Shown here in pieces: positions 18,300 to 30,031 of a DNA stretch of 64,000 nt. Numbering within the stretch: the stretch's first letter is position 1; every line of letters begins with the position of its first letter. The stretch covers positions 96,001 to 160,000 of the forward strand of contig CAVPPB010000002.1 of assembly GCA_963707215.1 (NCBI GenBank), written 5' to 3'. The stretch is from an uncultured Chloroflexia bacterium. GTDB taxonomy: Bacteria > Chloroflexota > Limnocylindria > Limnocylindrales > CSP1-4. Below the pieces are notes generated by a model. The model was not told the origin of the DNA. It saw only the letters and a program-made list of their open reading frames with translations, and did no database searches. A program made the translations under genes and the position numbers.

Positions 18300-20186
18300 A
18301 TGAGCGACGGCGCCACGGCGCCCCGCGACCGATCCGGCGCCCTCGCCGCGGCTACGCGATACCTGCCCGGGATCGGCGTCCTGATCTCGTACCAGCGGTC
18401 CTGGCTTCCCCGCGACATCGGGGCCGGCCTCGTCCTCACGGCGATCCTGGTGCCGGCCGGCATGGGCTATGCGGAGGCATCCGGCCTGCCGGCGATCACC
18501 GGCCTCTATGCCACGATCGTCCCGCTGCTCGTCTACGCGCTCGTCGGACCGTCCCGCATCCTCGTCCTCGGCCCGGACTCGTCGCTCGTCGCCCTCATCG
18601 CGGCCGCCGTGCTGCCGCTCGCGGCCGGCGATCCGGAGCGAGCCGTCGCGGTCGCCGGGCTCCTGGCCCTCATGACCGGCGCCATCATCGCGGTCCTCGG
18701 GATCGCCCGGCTCGGGTTCATCACCGAGCTCCTCTCGGACCCCGTCCGGAACGGCTACCTGACCGGGATCGCGGTGACCGTCGTGGTGTCCCAGCTGCCG
18801 AAGCTGTTCGGCTTCTCCGTCGACGCGGTCGGCTTCATCGGTGACCTGCTGGCGTTCGTCGGCGGGATCGCCGACGGCCTCACCGAGCCGGTCGCCCTCG
18901 CCCTTGGCGTGGGATCGCTGGCGGTCATCTACGGTCTCCGGGCCATCCGCTTCCCGATCCCGGGGATCCTCGTGGCCGTCGTCGCCGCGACATTGGTGTC
19001 GGCCGTGCTCGGACTGGAGGCGGCGGCCGGGATCTCGGTCGTCGGCGTGCTGCCCAGCGGTCTGCCAGGCTTCTCGGTGCCGCCGCTCGAGCTGGGCCTG
19101 GTCATCGACCTGGCCCCGGCCGCCATCGGCATCGCCGTCGTCGCGGCCGCCGACACCAGCGTCCTGTCGCGCACCTTCGCGGCCCGCCACGGCGACGACG
19201 TCGACCCGGACCAGGAGCTCGTGGGCCTCGGGGCGGCCAACGCAGTGGCGGGATTCTTCAGCGGCTTCCCGATCTCGTCCAGCTCGTCGCGGACCCCGGT
19301 GGCCGAAGCAGCCGGCGCCCGGACCCAGCTGACCGGGGTCGTCGGGGCGCTCGCGGTCACCGGCCTCATCGTCTTCGCTCCCGGGCTGCTGGCCGCGCTG
19401 CCGAGCGCGACCCTGGCCGCCGTGGTCATCGTCGCCGCGACCTCGCTCGTGGACCTTCGCTCCCTGGTCCGGCTTTATCGGGTCCGTCGCTCGGAGTTCC
19501 TGCTGGCCCTCGTCTCGTTCGGCGGCGTCGTCTTCCTCGGCGTCATCCAGGGGATCTTCCTGGCCGTCGCGATGTCGCTCCTGGCGTTCGTCCGCCGGTC
19601 GTGGCAACCGCACGACGCCATCCTGGGCCGAGCCAAGGGCGTCAAGGGCTACCACGATCTCGCCTACTACCCCAGTGCCCGGCGGATCCCGGGGCTGCTC
19701 CTGTACCGGTTCGACGCCCCGCTGTTCTTCGCCAACGCGGACCTCTTCGCGGACCGGGTCCTCGCCCGGATCCGGAGCGCACCGGAGCCCGTCCGCTGGG
19801 TCGTCGTGGCAGCCGAGCCCGTCACGGACGTCGACACGACCGCGGCGGCCAGGCTGGACCTCCTGCTCGACGACCTGGAGCAGCGGGGGATCGTGCTGGC
19901 CTTCGCCGGCCTCAAGGACTTCGTCAAGGACCGCCTCCGGGCGACCGGGACGCTCGAGCGGATCGGGGAGGACCGCTGCTACCCGACGATGGGGACGGCC
20001 GTCGACGCCTACGTCGAGGCGACGGGGACCGACTGGATCGACTGGGAGGAGGCAGCCGAGGCCGGTCGGGCCGACGCCTGGGGCGGAGGCGCGCCGGGCG
20101 AGGACGTGGGCCCGCCGGCCCCCGATCAGGTCCCTCCCGACGACGGGACCCCGGGGACGGGGCCGACCGACCGTCCGACCGACTAG
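18300..20186 (+). CDS. SulP anion transporter with STAS domain
   Basis: DIGAGLVL...PAGMGYA, DPDQELVGLG, SSSSRT, RFDAPLFFANA. Confidence 0.93.
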   Translation: MSDGATAPRDRSGALAAATRYLPGIGVLISYQRSWLPRDIGAGLVLTAILVPAGMGYAEASGLPAITGLYATIVPLLVYALVGPSRILVLGPDSSLVALIAAAVLPLAAGDPERAVAVAGLLALMTGAIIAVLGIARLGFITELLSDPVRNGYLTGIAVTVVVSQLPKLFGFSVDAVGFIGDLLAFVGGIADGLTEPVALALGVGSLAVIYGLRAIRFPIPGILVAVVAATLVSAVLGLEAAAGISVVGVLPSGLPGFSVPPLELGLVIDLAPAAIGIAVVAAADTSVLSRTFAARHGDDVDPDQELVGLGAANAVAGFFSGFPISSSSSRTPVAEAAGARTQLTGVVGALAVTGLIVFAPGLLAALPSATLAAVVIVAATSLVDLRSLVRLYRVRRSEFLLALVSFGGVVFLGVIQGIFLAVAMSLLAFVRRSWQPHDAILGRAKGVKGYHDLAYYPSARRIPGLLLYRFDAPLFFANADLFADRVLARIRSAPEPVRWVVVAAEPVTDVDTTAAARLDLLLDDLEQRGIVLAFAGLKDFVKDRLRATGTLERIGEDRCYPTMGTAVDAYVEATGTDWIDWEEAAEAGRADAWGGGAPGEDVGPPAPDQVPPDDGTPGTGPTDRPTD

Positions 20187-21092
20187 GCCGGGGTGTCCTT
20201 CGAGCGCCGGTAGGCGACGTAGCCCAGGCCACCCACGACGACCGCGGCTGCGACGACCAGCAGCGCGAGCAGGCCCGTGGAGATGCCCTCGTCACCACCG
20301 GGTTCGGTCGGTCCCGGGGATGCTTCGGGGCTGGGGCTCGGACTCGGGCTGGGGCTCGGACTCGGGCTGGGGCTCGGCTCGGGCGACGGGCTGGGGCTGG
20401 GGCTCGGGCTCGGCTCCGGCGACGGGCTGGGCGCGGCTCGGGCGACGGGCTGGGGCTCGCCTCGGGCGACGGGCTGGGCTCGCCTCGGGCGACGGGCTCG
20501 CCTCCGGCGACGGGCTCGCCTCCGGCGACGGGCTGGGCTCCGGCGACGGGCTGGGCTCCGGCGACGGGCTGGGCTCCGGCGACGGCTCACGCGACGGGAG
20601 CAGGCCCGGGACCTCGACGTCGCAGGGCAGGTCTTCGATCCGCGAGATCACGAGCAGGGCGGCGCCGAGCAGCGTGGCCGCTCGGTCGATCGCATCGAGC
20701 GCCGCCTGGACGGCCTCGACGTCACCGGCCGCGATCGCCGTCCGGAGCTCGGACGATGCGGCCTCGATCGCATCGAGCGCCTGGTTCAGCTGATCCTTCA
20801 GGCCCGGTGCCTCCGGGATGTCCGGCAGGTCGGCGACGGCCTGGCGGGCCTGCTCGACCAGCGCGTCCAGGCGGTCGAGCGACGCAAGGGCCGCCTCGGA
20901 TTCGGGAGAGCCCGGGGTCGCGATGGCCTGCGCGTCGCCGTCCGCGATCTCGCTCAGCTCGGCGTGCAGGGACTCGAGCGACGGGACGGCGCGGCAGAGC
21001 GCGTCGGCGGCGTCACTGGGAAGAGCCGGCAGGGAGCAGGCGCCAAGAAGGAGGGCGCTGGCGAGCGCGAGCGCGGCGAGAAGACGGGTCAA
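20183..21092 (-). CDS. Lipoprotein with helical domain, (SPEPSP)n linker and C-terminal TM anchor; frameshifted within the repeat
   Basis: TTG start with AGGAG RBS, lipobox LLGAC; the C-terminal GISTGLLALLVVAAAVVVGGLGYVAYRRSK is in another frame. Confidence 0.7.
20327..20590. repeat. Degenerate 18-bp/6-bp tandem repeats encoding Ser-Pro-Glu
   Basis: Repeated ggcgacgggctgggctcc and gggctcggactc units. Confidence 0.9.
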
Positions 21093-21307
21093 CGGTGAGC
21101 TCCTGGTGGGATGTACGGCTGCGGTCCCCCCGGGGTCGCGAAGCGGCCGTCATGATACCGGGCCCGGGAGGATCCGGTGCTCGGCGACCCGGTCACCGAC
21201 CCGGCAGACGCGTTCGAGCGGCCATGCTGACCTTCGGCCCTGCCTGCTTCTCGGGTTCCGTCGGACGATCGGCCCGTTCAAGCGACATGTGTCCGAGGGA
21301 GGCATCA

Positions 21308-21571
21308 ATGGACATCCGTACCGAGGCCGGACGGCTGGCCAGCGTCGCCACGTTCTTCGTCGTGGTCGGCTGGCTCTTCGTGATCTACGCCCTGGTGGCC
21401 GGGGTCTTCTGGTGGATCGACCTGGCGGGCAAGGACGCCTTCAACTTCCTGGAGGCCCTGGCCCTGTCGGCGAGCGCGATCGCCGGCCCCATCTTCCTGG
21501 CCCTTCTCGTCGCGGGCCTGGGCCATTCGATGCGGCTCTTCGCCCTGTACGTGGCCAGCAAGAGCAGCTGA
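21308..21571 (+). CDS. Small two-TM membrane protein
   Basis: GGAGG RBS, 87 aa with two hydrophobic segments. Confidence 0.75.
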   Translation: MDIRTEAGRLASVATFFVVVGWLFVIYALVAGVFWWIDLAGKDAFNFLEALALSASAIAGPIFLALLVAGLGHSMRLFALYVASKSS

Positions 21572-21707
21572 CCCATCGCCGCGAGGACGGCCGCTCGACG
21601 ATGTCCGTCGGGCGGCCGATACTCGTCCAGGCGAACCGCCAGACCGCTCTGTTCACGGGTGCGGGGCCAGACGGCCCGGTCGCCCGCACCCACTGGGAGA
21701 TGAACGA

Positions 21708-22223
21708 ATGTTGCGACGACGAGGCGGTGACGCACCGACCAACGCCTACAAGATGCGCGAGCGCATGTTCTCGATCGGCGACGATTTCTGGGTCGAGGAC
21801 GGCGCCGGCCAGCGGGCCTTCCTCGTCGACGGCAAGGCGCTCCGGGTCCGCGAGACGCTCGAGCTCAAGGATCCCGGCGGCGCGGTCCTCTTCACGATCA
21901 AGGAGAAGCTCGTCTCGATCCGCGACGTCATGACGATCGAGAAGAACGGCCAACCGGCCGCGACGGTCAAGAAGGCCCTGATCTCGCCCCTCCGGGAGCG
22001 CTACAACGTCGAGTTCGCCGACGGCAAGGAGTGGAAGGTCCAGGGCAACATCGTCGACCACGAGTACGAGATCGACGGGCCCGCCGGCCGGATCGCCAAG
22101 GTCTCCAAGGCCTGGTTCCGGATCCGTGACACGTACGGGATCGAGGTCGCCCCGGACCAGGACGACGCGATGGTCGTCGCGGTCGCCATCGTGGTCGATC
22201 AGATGAGCCACGACATCGGCTGA
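21708..22223 (+). CDS. LURP-one/scramblase (Tubby C-like) protein
   Basis: YKMRERMFSIGDDFWVED...VDGKALR...VQGNIVDHEY...DTYGIEV. Confidence 0.88.
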   Translation: MLRRRGGDAPTNAYKMRERMFSIGDDFWVEDGAGQRAFLVDGKALRVRETLELKDPGGAVLFTIKEKLVSIRDVMTIEKNGQPAATVKKALISPLRERYNVEFADGKEWKVQGNIVDHEYEIDGPAGRIAKVSKAWFRIRDTYGIEVAPDQDDAMVVAVAIVVDQMSHDIG

Positions 22224-22466
22224 CGGGCCGGCTTCCGACCGACAAGATCGGCCGAACCCTTCGCGACCGGCGGCCGCTCGGCAGGGTCGGGCCGACCTCG
22301 TGGACCCGTCGCGTAGGGCCGCCGGCCCCCCGGCTTCGGTCCGGCCGGACCGGGTGCGGCGAGGCGGGGCGGGTCATCCTTGGAGCCGTCCCGAGCCCCC
22401 TTGCGCTCGCCCACGCCCCGCGGTCGTCGGAGGGAAGCGGCCGCCGTCCACCACGGAGTCATCGCC

Positions 22467-23462
22467 ATGAAGCGCCTGCTCGGCCCGCTCGTCGCGGGCC
22501 TCCTGCTCCTGGGTCTCGCCCCGGCCGCCCTTGCCCAGGACGGGATGGAGGACCTTGGCCACGTCCTCGTCTCCATCAACGGATCGGTCGAGGTGGCCGA
22601 GGGCGAGCGGACCGAGGTCCTGGTCGCCGTGAACGCCTCTGCCGGGGTCGCAGGGACGTCGGAGACCGCGGTAGTCATCAACGGTGACGCCGAGGTCAGC
22701 GGCGCGACGGAGACCGTGGTCGTGATCAACGGCGACGTGGTCCTCGAAGGGGCCGACGTCTCGAGCGTCGTCGTCGTCGGCGGTACGGCCACGATCGGAG
22801 CGGGCAGCGTGGTGTCGGGCGACGTCATGACCGTCAACGGGACCGCCACCGTCGACCCCGGCGCGACGGTCGCCGGCGAGGTCCGCGACATCGGTCCCGA
22901 GCTGGCCGCGCTGGGGATCATCCTGGTCCCCGCCCTGCTGCTGTTGGCGATCGGCGCTGCGCTGGTGACGATCGTCGTCGCCCTGTTCATCGCCGCGCTG
23001 GCGTCGCGCCAGGTCCGGGCGGCCGAGTGGCTCATCAGCAACGAGCCCGGGCCCAGCCTCCTGTTCGGCTTCCTCGGCGTCTTCATCCTGCCGCTGCTGG
23101 GGGTCCTGGCGCTGATCACCGTGATCGGCGCCCCGATCGGGCTCGTCTTCCTCTTCTCGGTCCTGCCGACGCTCGCCTACTTCGGCTGGATCGTGGCGGC
23201 GATCTGGCTCGGCGACTGGGTGCTCGGCCGGACCACCTCGGGGCGCCAGGCCGAGCGGCCGTACCTGGCGGCGGTCCTGGGGGTGATCCTCCTCGGGGCG
23301 ATCGGGCTCATCCCCGTCGCCGGCTCGATCGCCGGGCTGGTCGCCAGCCTCTTCGGCCTGGGGTCGCTGCTGCTCCTCGGCTGGCGGACCTACCGGCGCG
23401 AGCCGGTCCCGGGCCCGAGCGCACCCGCCGTGGGTCCGCCCGCGGCCCAGCCGGTCGCCTGA
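22467..23462 (+). CDS. Membrane protein with extracellular beta-helix (bactofilin-like) repeats
   Basis: Signal peptide, VVINGD repeats, multi-TM C-terminal domain. Confidence 0.7.
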   Translation: MKRLLGPLVAGLLLLGLAPAALAQDGMEDLGHVLVSINGSVEVAEGERTEVLVAVNASAGVAGTSETAVVINGDAEVSGATETVVVINGDVVLEGADVSSVVVVGGTATIGAGSVVSGDVMTVNGTATVDPGATVAGEVRDIGPELAALGIILVPALLLLAIGAALVTIVVALFIAALASRQVRAAEWLISNEPGPSLLFGFLGVFILPLLGVLALITVIGAPIGLVFLFSVLPTLAYFGWIVAAIWLGDWVLGRTTSGRQAERPYLAAVLGVILLGAIGLIPVAGSIAGLVASLFGLGSLLLLGWRTYRREPVPGPSAPAVGPPAAQPVA

Positions 23463-23546
23463 CCCGAGCCGGCGGCGCCGGCGCCCTGACAGCCGCCCGC
23501 GGCCCCGCTATGGTCGCCGCACGTCGTTCCTACCCGTCGGACGGAG

Positions 23547-24302
23547 GTGCCCGTGGACTGGCTGCCGACCATCGCTGCGGTCGTCATCGGCTACCTCGTG
23601 GGCTCGATCTCGTTCGCCCGGATCGTCCTGCGGTCGGTCCGGCCCGAGGCTCGGCTCGAGCCGATCGAGGTCGAGCTGCCGGGCGGCGAGACCTTCGTCA
23701 GCGACAGCGTCAGCGCGACCGCGGTCCGGATGCAGGCCGGCCCGCGCTTCGGATGCCTCACGGCGATCCTCGACATGGCCAAGGTCGCCGTCCCGACCCT
23801 GGCCTTCCGTCTCTGGGCGCCGGACCAGCCCTACTACCTGATCGTCGCGGCCGCGGCCATCGTCGGCCACGACTGGCCGTTCCTGGGGCGGATCCGGGGT
23901 GGCCGCGGCGAGTCCGCTCTCTACGGCGGTGTCGTCGTCATCGACCCGCTGGCCATCGTCGGAACGACCCTGATCGGCGCGCTCCTCGGCTTCGTCGTCG
24001 GCAACATCCTGGTCCTCCGCTGGGCCGGGATGATCCTGCTCATCCCCTGGATGGGGCTCTCCAGCGGCGACCCGTGGACGCTGGCCTACATCGTCTTCGC
24101 CGTCGGGACCTACTTCGTGGCGATGATCCCGGAGCTCCGCCAGTACGCCGCGATGCTCGGTCACTCGACCGACCCGACGAACGAGGAGATCGCCGTCGAG
24201 TTCGCGATGGGCGCCGGCCTGGGGCGGGCCATGGACCGCTACGGCCTGATCCCCCGGTTGCGTCGACGGGCACGCGGCGACCAGGATCGGCCGGAGGTCT
24301 GA
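23547..24302 (+). CDS. Glycerol-3-phosphate acyltransferase PlsY family (divergent)
   Basis: [21 protein letters not shown]...GGRG. Confidence 0.75.
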   Translation: MPVDWLPTIAAVVIGYLVGSISFARIVLRSVRPEARLEPIEVELPGGETFVSDSVSATAVRMQAGPRFGCLTAILDMAKVAVPTLAFRLWAPDQPYYLIVAAAAIVGHDWPFLGRIRGGRGESALYGGVVVIDPLAIVGTTLIGALLGFVVGNILVLRWAGMILLIPWMGLSSGDPWTLAYIVFAVGTYFVAMIPELRQYAAMLGHSTDPTNEEIAVEFAMGAGLGRAMDRYGLIPRLRRRARGDQDRPEV

Positions 24303-24311
24303 CCCCGTCCT

Positions 24312-24347
24312 GGTCACGGGCGCATCGCCCCGGTCACGGGCGCATCG
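24312..24347. repeat. Short intergenic tandem duplication (16-bp core, 20-bp period)
   Basis: GGTCACGGGCGCATCG occurs twice. Confidence 0.8.
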
Positions 24348-24457
24348 GCCCGCCCCGGCAGGCCGGTCGGCCGCTCCGGGTCCAAGCCCCGGCCCCGCTA
24401 CACTCGGCCGGGGCTCCCGAGCGCCCCGCTGCCCGAACGGAGCTCCGACCCGATCCG

Positions 24458-25231
24458 ATGACCGCTACCCCAGCCGACGGGGTCGACGCCGCCGCGACCG
24501 CGCCTGCCGAGCCCGCCATCCCCGACCGGCCCGCCACGCCGGGACCCGTCGTCGAGCTGCGCGACGTCGTCAAGGACTACCGGACCGACGCCGGGCCCTT
24601 CCGCGCGCTCGACGGGGTCGACCTCGAGATCGACCCGGGCGAGTTCGTGGCCATCGTCGGTCGCTCCGGTTGCGGCAAGTCGACGCTCCTCAACATGATC
24701 ACCGGGATCGACCGGGCGACGTCCGGGCAGGTCCGGGTCGCCGGCTCCGAGCTGGCCGCCTTCTCCGAGGATGCCCTGGCCCGCTGGCGGGGCCGGACCG
24801 TCGGGGTCGTCTTCCAGTTCTTCCAGCTCCTGCCGACGCTCTCGGTGCTCGAGAACGTCATGCTGCCGATGGATTTCCTGGGGGCCTACGGCAGCCGCGA
24901 GCGGCGGGAGCGGGCCATGGACCTGCTGGAGCAGGTCGATATGGTCGACCAGGCCGAGAAGCTCCCGCTCTCGACCTCCGGCGGTCAGCAGCAGCGGGTG
25001 GCCATCGCCCGAGCCCTGGCCAACGACCCCGCCCTCCTCGTCGCCGACGAGCCGACCGGCAACCTCGACTCGGCGACGGCCGAGAGCGTCTTCGAGCTCT
25101 TCCATGATCTCGCCGATCGCGGCACCACGGTCGTCATGGTGACCCACGACGTGGACCTGGCGGCCCGGACCCGGCGCATCGTCCACATGGCCGACGGCCG
25201 GATCACGGGTTCGGAGGCGACCGGTGGATAG
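24458..25231 (+). CDS. ABC transporter ATP-binding protein (LolD/MacB type)
   Basis: [30 protein letters not shown]. Confidence 0.95.
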   Translation: MTATPADGVDAAATAPAEPAIPDRPATPGPVVELRDVVKDYRTDAGPFRALDGVDLEIDPGEFVAIVGRSGCGKSTLLNMITGIDRATSGQVRVAGSELAAFSEDALARWRGRTVGVVFQFFQLLPTLSVLENVMLPMDFLGAYGSRERRERAMDLLEQVDMVDQAEKLPLSTSGGQQQRVAIARALANDPALLVADEPTGNLDSATAESVFELFHDLADRGTTVVMVTHDVDLAARTRRIVHMADGRITGSEATGG

Positions 25232-27617
25232 CGTCCGCTGGCGCAAGGTCGTCGGCGACCTGCTCGCCTACCGGGCCCGGACCGCGCTGGTGGTGGCCTC
25301 GATCGCCACCGGCGTCTTCGCCGTGGGCGCGATCGTCGGCAGCGACGCCATCCTCGGCGAGAGCCTCGACGCCGCGGCCGAGGCGAGCCGCCCGGCCAAC
25401 GCGACCTTCTACACCGCCATCGGCTTCGACCGGGAGCTGGTCGACGCCGTCGAGACGATGCCCGGGGTGGCCGAGGCCGAGGGACGACGGAGCGTCATCG
25501 TCAGGCTCGTCGCCGTCGACGGCGCGGAGGCCGGCTCCCGCGAGCTCCAGCTGACCGCGATCCCTGACTTCGCCGACCAGCGGATCGACCTCGTCGAGGC
25601 CGAGTCAGGTGCCTTCCCTCCGCGCCGAGGAGAGATCGCCCTGGAGCGATCGGCCCAGCGGGTCGTCGACATCGCGCCCGGCCAGGCGGTCACGATCCGG
25701 ACCCCGGGAGGCGACGAGCACGGGCTCGACGTCGCCGGGCTGGCCCACGAGCCCGGAGCGTCGCCGGCCTTCTACTTCGGCCGCCTCAATGGCTACGTGA
25801 CCTTCGAGACGCTCGAGGACCTCGGCTGGACGAACGACTTCGACGAGCTCCGGATCCGGGCCGACGATCCGACGGCGGCCGAGGCCGACATCCGCGCCCT
25901 GGCCGACGACGTCCGCCAGCGGATCGAGCGGGCCGGGACCCCGGTGACCTTCGCCCTCATCCCCGAGCCCGGCAAGCACCCGTCGCAGGAGCTGATCGGC
26001 GCGGTCTTCCTGGTCCTCGGCTTCCTCGGCTTCCTCTCGCTCCTCGTCGGGGGGTTCCTGGTCGTCAACACCATCGCCGTCATCATGGCCCAGCAGACCC
26101 GCCAGATCGGGATCATGAAGGCCGTCGGGGGGACCCGTCGCCAGATCGCCGGGATGTACCTCGCCCTGGTGCTGGCGTACGCCCTCGTCGCCCTGGCGAT
26201 CGCCATCCCCCTCGCCGCGATCGGCTCGTACCTGCTGGCCGTGCTGGCCGCCGGCCTGCTCAACTTCGACGTGACCCGGGCCCTCGTGCCGCTCCACGTC
26301 ATCGTCCTGGAAGTGGCCATCGGCGTCCTCGTGCCGGTCGTCGCGGCGCTCGTCCCGGTCCTCCGCGGCGCCCGGGTCACCGTCCACGACGCCCTGGCCG
26401 ATCCGGGGGTCGCCGAGCACTTCGGCCACGGCGCCCTCGACCGGCTCCTCGGACGGCTGCGGGGGCTCTCGCGGCCCGTCCTGCTCTCGATCCGGAACAC
26501 GTTCCGGCGGAAGGGTCGCCTGGTGCTCACCCTGGCCGCCCTCGCCATCGGCGGCGCCGTCTTCATGACGATCTTCACCGTCCGCTCGTCGCTCAGCTCG
26601 ACCCTCGACGACACCGTCCGCTACTTCGACTACGACGTCCAGGTCGAGCTGGCCGAGCCGACCCGATCCGAACGGGTCGTCGAGGAGACGCTCCGGGTCC
26701 CCGGCGTCGTGGCGGCGGAGCCCTGGCGGTTCGCCAGCTCGATCCGGGTCCGGCCCGACGGGAGCGAGAGCGGCTCGCTGGTGACCTTCGGGCTGCCGGA
26801 GGACACCCAGACCGTCGACCCGATCATCGTCGCCGGCCGCTGGCTGCTGCCCGGCGAGGGCAATGCCGTCGTGGCCACCGCCAACATCGTCCGTGACGAG
26901 CCCGACCTCGAGCTCGGCGACCCGGTCGTCCTGCGGGTCAACGGTCGCGAGGCGACCTGGACGCTCGTCGGCATCGTCCAGTCGCCGACGATGGCGCCGT
27001 TCCTCTACGTGGGCTCGGCTCCGCTCGACCGCGTCACCGGGCGGATCGGCGAGGCCGGGATCGTCATGGTCAAGACCGACGACCATGGGCCGGAGGCGCA
27101 GGCGACGGCCGCCCGGGCCGTCCGCGAGCAGCTCGAGGCCGCAGGGATCGGGGTCGCGGCGACCACCACGACGTCCGACGTGATGGGCACGATCGACACC
27201 CTCTTCACCACCCTCGTCCTGTTCGTCTCGGTCATGGCCGTGCTGCTCGGCGTCGTCGGCGGCCTGGGTCTCGCCGGGACGATGACGATGAACGTCGTCG
27301 AGCGGGCCCGCGAGATCGGCATCATCCGGGCCATCGGGGCGACCCGCCGGGCCGTCCTCCTGATCTTCGTCGCCGAGGGCGTCATGATCGGACTCCTCGC
27401 CTGGGGGATCGGCGCGGGTCTCTCGCTGCCGCTGAGCAAGCTCATCTCGGACCAGCTGGGCGACGTCTTCGTCCAGCGGCCGCTGGCCTTCTCGCCCTCC
27501 CTCGAGGGGTTCGCGATGTGGCTGGCCGTCGTGCTGGTCCTGTCCGTCCTGGGGAGCATCGCCCCCGCCTGGCGGGCTGCCCGGATGGCGGTCCGCGAGG
27601 TGCTGGCCTATGAGTGA
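25224..27617 (+). CDS. ABC permease with duplicated MacB/FtsX domains
   Basis: [13 protein letters not shown] and [14 protein letters not shown] FtsX motifs. Confidence 0.92.
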   Translation: MDSVRWRKVVGDLLAYRARTALVVASIATGVFAVGAIVGSDAILGESLDAAAEASRPANATFYTAIGFDRELVDAVETMPGVAEAEGRRSVIVRLVAVDGAEAGSRELQLTAIPDFADQRIDLVEAESGAFPPRRGEIALERSAQRVVDIAPGQAVTIRTPGGDEHGLDVAGLAHEPGASPAFYFGRLNGYVTFETLEDLGWTNDFDELRIRADDPTAAEADIRALADDVRQRIERAGTPVTFALIPEPGKHPSQELIGAVFLVLGFLGFLSLLVGGFLVVNTIAVIMAQQTRQIGIMKAVGGTRRQIAGMYLALVLAYALVALAIAIPLAAIGSYLLAVLAAGLLNFDVTRALVPLHVIVLEVAIGVLVPVVAALVPVLRGARVTVHDALADPGVAEHFGHGALDRLLGRLRGLSRPVLLSIRNTFRRKGRLVLTLAALAIGGAVFMTIFTVRSSLSSTLDDTVRYFDYDVQVELAEPTRSERVVEETLRVPGVVAAEPWRFASSIRVRPDGSESGSLVTFGLPEDTQTVDPIIVAGRWLLPGEGNAVVATANIVRDEPDLELGDPVVLRVNGREATWTLVGIVQSPTMAPFLYVGSAPLDRVTGRIGEAGIVMVKTDDHGPEAQATAARAVREQLEAAGIGVAATTTTSDVMGTIDTLFTTLVLFVSVMAVLLGVVGGLGLAGTMTMNVVERAREIGIIRAIGATRRAVLLIFVAEGVMIGLLAWGIGAGLSLPLSKLISDQLGDVFVQRPLAFSPSLEGFAMWLAVVLVLSVLGSIAPAWRAARMAVREVLAYE

Positions 27618-28602
27618 GGAACGTCGCATGGATCGCCGCCCGGTCGTCATCGCCGCCATCGCCATCGTGGCCGTGGTCGCGATCGCCCTCGTCGTGCTCG
27701 CGTCCGGGATCGTCGGCGGGCCGGGTGTCGGGGCGACCCCGACGCCGCTGCCGCCGGTCGCCGTGCCCGACGAGGTGACCGTCGAGGGTCGCGCCGTGCC
27801 GACGCGAGCCGCGGAGCTCGCGGCGACCGTCGCCGGCACGGTCGCCGAGGTCGCGGTGGAGGTGGGTGACGAGGTGGCCGCTGGAGCGACCATCGTGCGG
27901 CTCGATGCGGAGGCGGCGACGGCCGAGCTCGACGCCGCCCAGGCGGGTCTCGAGTCGGCGACGGCCCGGGCCGAACAGGCGGCGGCTGCGGTCCGCCAGG
28001 CCGAGGCCGGGGTGGACCAGGCCGAGGCCTCGCTACGGAGCGCCGAGGCCGCCGAGGACCAGGTACCGTCCGGCGCCTCGGCCGCGGCCAAGCGCCAGGC
28101 GGCGGCCCAGGTCGACGTGGCCGAGGCCGCCGTCGCCGGGGCCCGGGCCCAGCTGGAGGTCGCCCAGGCCGCGGCCCGAGCCGCCCAGGCCGATCAGGCC
28201 CGTGCCGAGGCGGCGCTCGATGGCGCCCGGGTCGGGGTCGAGCGCCACGCCTTCGTGGCTCCGTTCGCCGGCATCGTGGCTTCGGTCCACGTCGAGACGG
28301 GGCAGCTGGTCAGCCCGGGCTTCGTCGTCGTGCGGATCGCCGACACCGGCGACTGGACCTTCGAGACGACCGAGGTCGACGAGGCCGTCGTCGGCGAGAT
28401 CGTCGTCGGGGCGTCGGCCACCGTCCGCCTCGACGGGCTCCCGGACGTCGACATCCCGGCCACCGTGACCCGGGTCGGTCAGTACGGCGCCGAGCTCCAG
28501 GGCGACGTCCGCTTCACGGTCGTCGTCGAGCCCGACGGCGAGGTCCCCGAGGGCGTCCGCTGGAACATGACGGCGACGATCCGGATCTCGACCCCGGACT
28601 GA
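27610..28602 (+). CDS. HlyD/MacA-type periplasmic adaptor
   Basis: N-terminal TM, lipoyl half-motifs (GTVAEVAVEVGDEV, APFAGIV), coiled coil. Confidence 0.88.
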   Translation: MSEERRMDRRPVVIAAIAIVAVVAIALVVLASGIVGGPGVGATPTPLPPVAVPDEVTVEGRAVPTRAAELAATVAGTVAEVAVEVGDEVAAGATIVRLDAEAATAELDAAQAGLESATARAEQAAAAVRQAEAGVDQAEASLRSAEAAEDQVPSGASAAAKRQAAAQVDVAEAAVAGARAQLEVAQAAARAAQADQARAEAALDGARVGVERHAFVAPFAGIVASVHVETGQLVSPGFVVVRIADTGDWTFETTEVDEAVVGEIVVGASATVRLDGLPDVDIPATVTRVGQYGAELQGDVRFTVVVEPDGEVPEGVRWNMTATIRISTPD

Positions 28603-28606
28603 TCCG

Positions 28607-30028
28607 CTAGAGGGCCTTGACCGCCTGCGTCAGGCTGGCGAGGCCGTCCTTGGCGTCGGCGAAGAGCATCCCGGTCTTCGGGTTCGAGTACAGCTCGTTG
28701 TCGATGCCGGCATAGCCGCGGCCCATCGAGCGCTTGATGACGATGATCGACTTGGCCTGGTCGACGTCGAGGATCGGCATCCCCGAGACCGGGGTCCCGG
28801 GCCGCCGGGCGGCCGGGTTGGTCACGTCGTTGGCGCCGACCACGAGGGCGACGTCGCAGCGCGTGGAACTCGGGGTTGATGTCCTCCATCTCCTTGAGCT
28901 GGGGATAGGGGACGTTGGCCTCGGCGAGCAGGACGTTCATGTGGCCCGGGCATCCGGCCGGCCACCGGGTGGATGGCGTACTTGACGTCGACGCCGCGGT
29001 CCTCCAGCAGCTCGGCCAGCTCGCGGACGGCGTGCTGGGCCTGGGCGACGGCGAGGCCGTAGCCGGGGACGACGATGACCGAGTCGGCGTAGGCCAGCTG
29101 GATCGCCGCGTCGTCGGCCGAGACCTCGCGGACCGATGCCGCCGGGGCCGGCGGCCGCGCCGACCGCGCCGTCGTCCGCCGCCGAAGCCGCCGATCATGA
29201 TGTTCGATGACCGAACGGTTCATCGCGTCGGCCATGAGCTTCGTCAGGATCGCGCCCGAGGCGCCGACCAGGGCGCCGGCGATGATCAGGACGTCGTTGC
29301 CGAGGACGAAGCCGGCCATCGCCACGGCCGTGCCGGTGAACGAGTTCAGGAGGCTGATGACGACCGGCATGTCGGCCCCGCCGATCGGCAGGACCATCGT
29401 GACGCCGAAGATGAGGGCCGCCGCGATGATGATCAGCAGGACCGGTGCGCTGACGTTGCCGGCGAACAGGTAGATCGCCGCGACGACCGTGGCGATCGCC
29501 AGGGCGAGCGGTCACGATCCGGCCGCCCGGGATGATGATCGGCTTGCCGTCGATGATGCCCTGGAGCTTGCCGGAGGCGATGAGCGAGCCGGTGAAGGTG
29601 ATGCTGCCGATGATCACGTCGAGGACGACGAAGATGGTCGTCTCCAGGGCGACCGCCTCGCCGGCATTGGCGAAGCGGAGGTAGTCGTCGATGGCGATGA
29701 GGGCCGCCGCGCCGCCGCCGACCGCGTTGAAGAGCGACACCAGCTGCGGCATCGCCGTCATCTTCACGGTCCGGGCGGTGTAGAGACCGGCGCCCCCGCC
29801 GATGGCGATGCCGACGGCGATGATGATCCAGGCCTGGAGGGGCGCCTCGCCCCCGGCCAGCAGCAGGACGGCCGTGGCGGCGACCGCGATGGCCATCCCG
29901 GCCGCGCTCAGGAGGTTGCCGTTGCGGGCCGTCGCGGGCGAGTTCATCCGCATCAGGCCGATGACGAAGAACGAGGCGGCCAGCAGCCAGGCCAGCCGGA
30001 CCAGGACCTCGACGGTCTCGAAGTCCAT
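28607..30028 (-). CDS. pntB: NAD(P) transhydrogenase beta subunit (multiple frameshifts)
   Basis: KMTAMPQLVSLFN, IGGADMPVVISLLNS, VPGYGLAVAQAQ, HPVAGRMPG, GANDVTNP and KRSM...GIDN across frames. Confidence 0.92.
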
Positions 30029-30031
30029 CGC

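Noticed and set aside
28607-30028. Programmed frameshifting in pntB
   Set aside because: There are too many shifts and no slippery-site pattern; sequencing indels explain it better.
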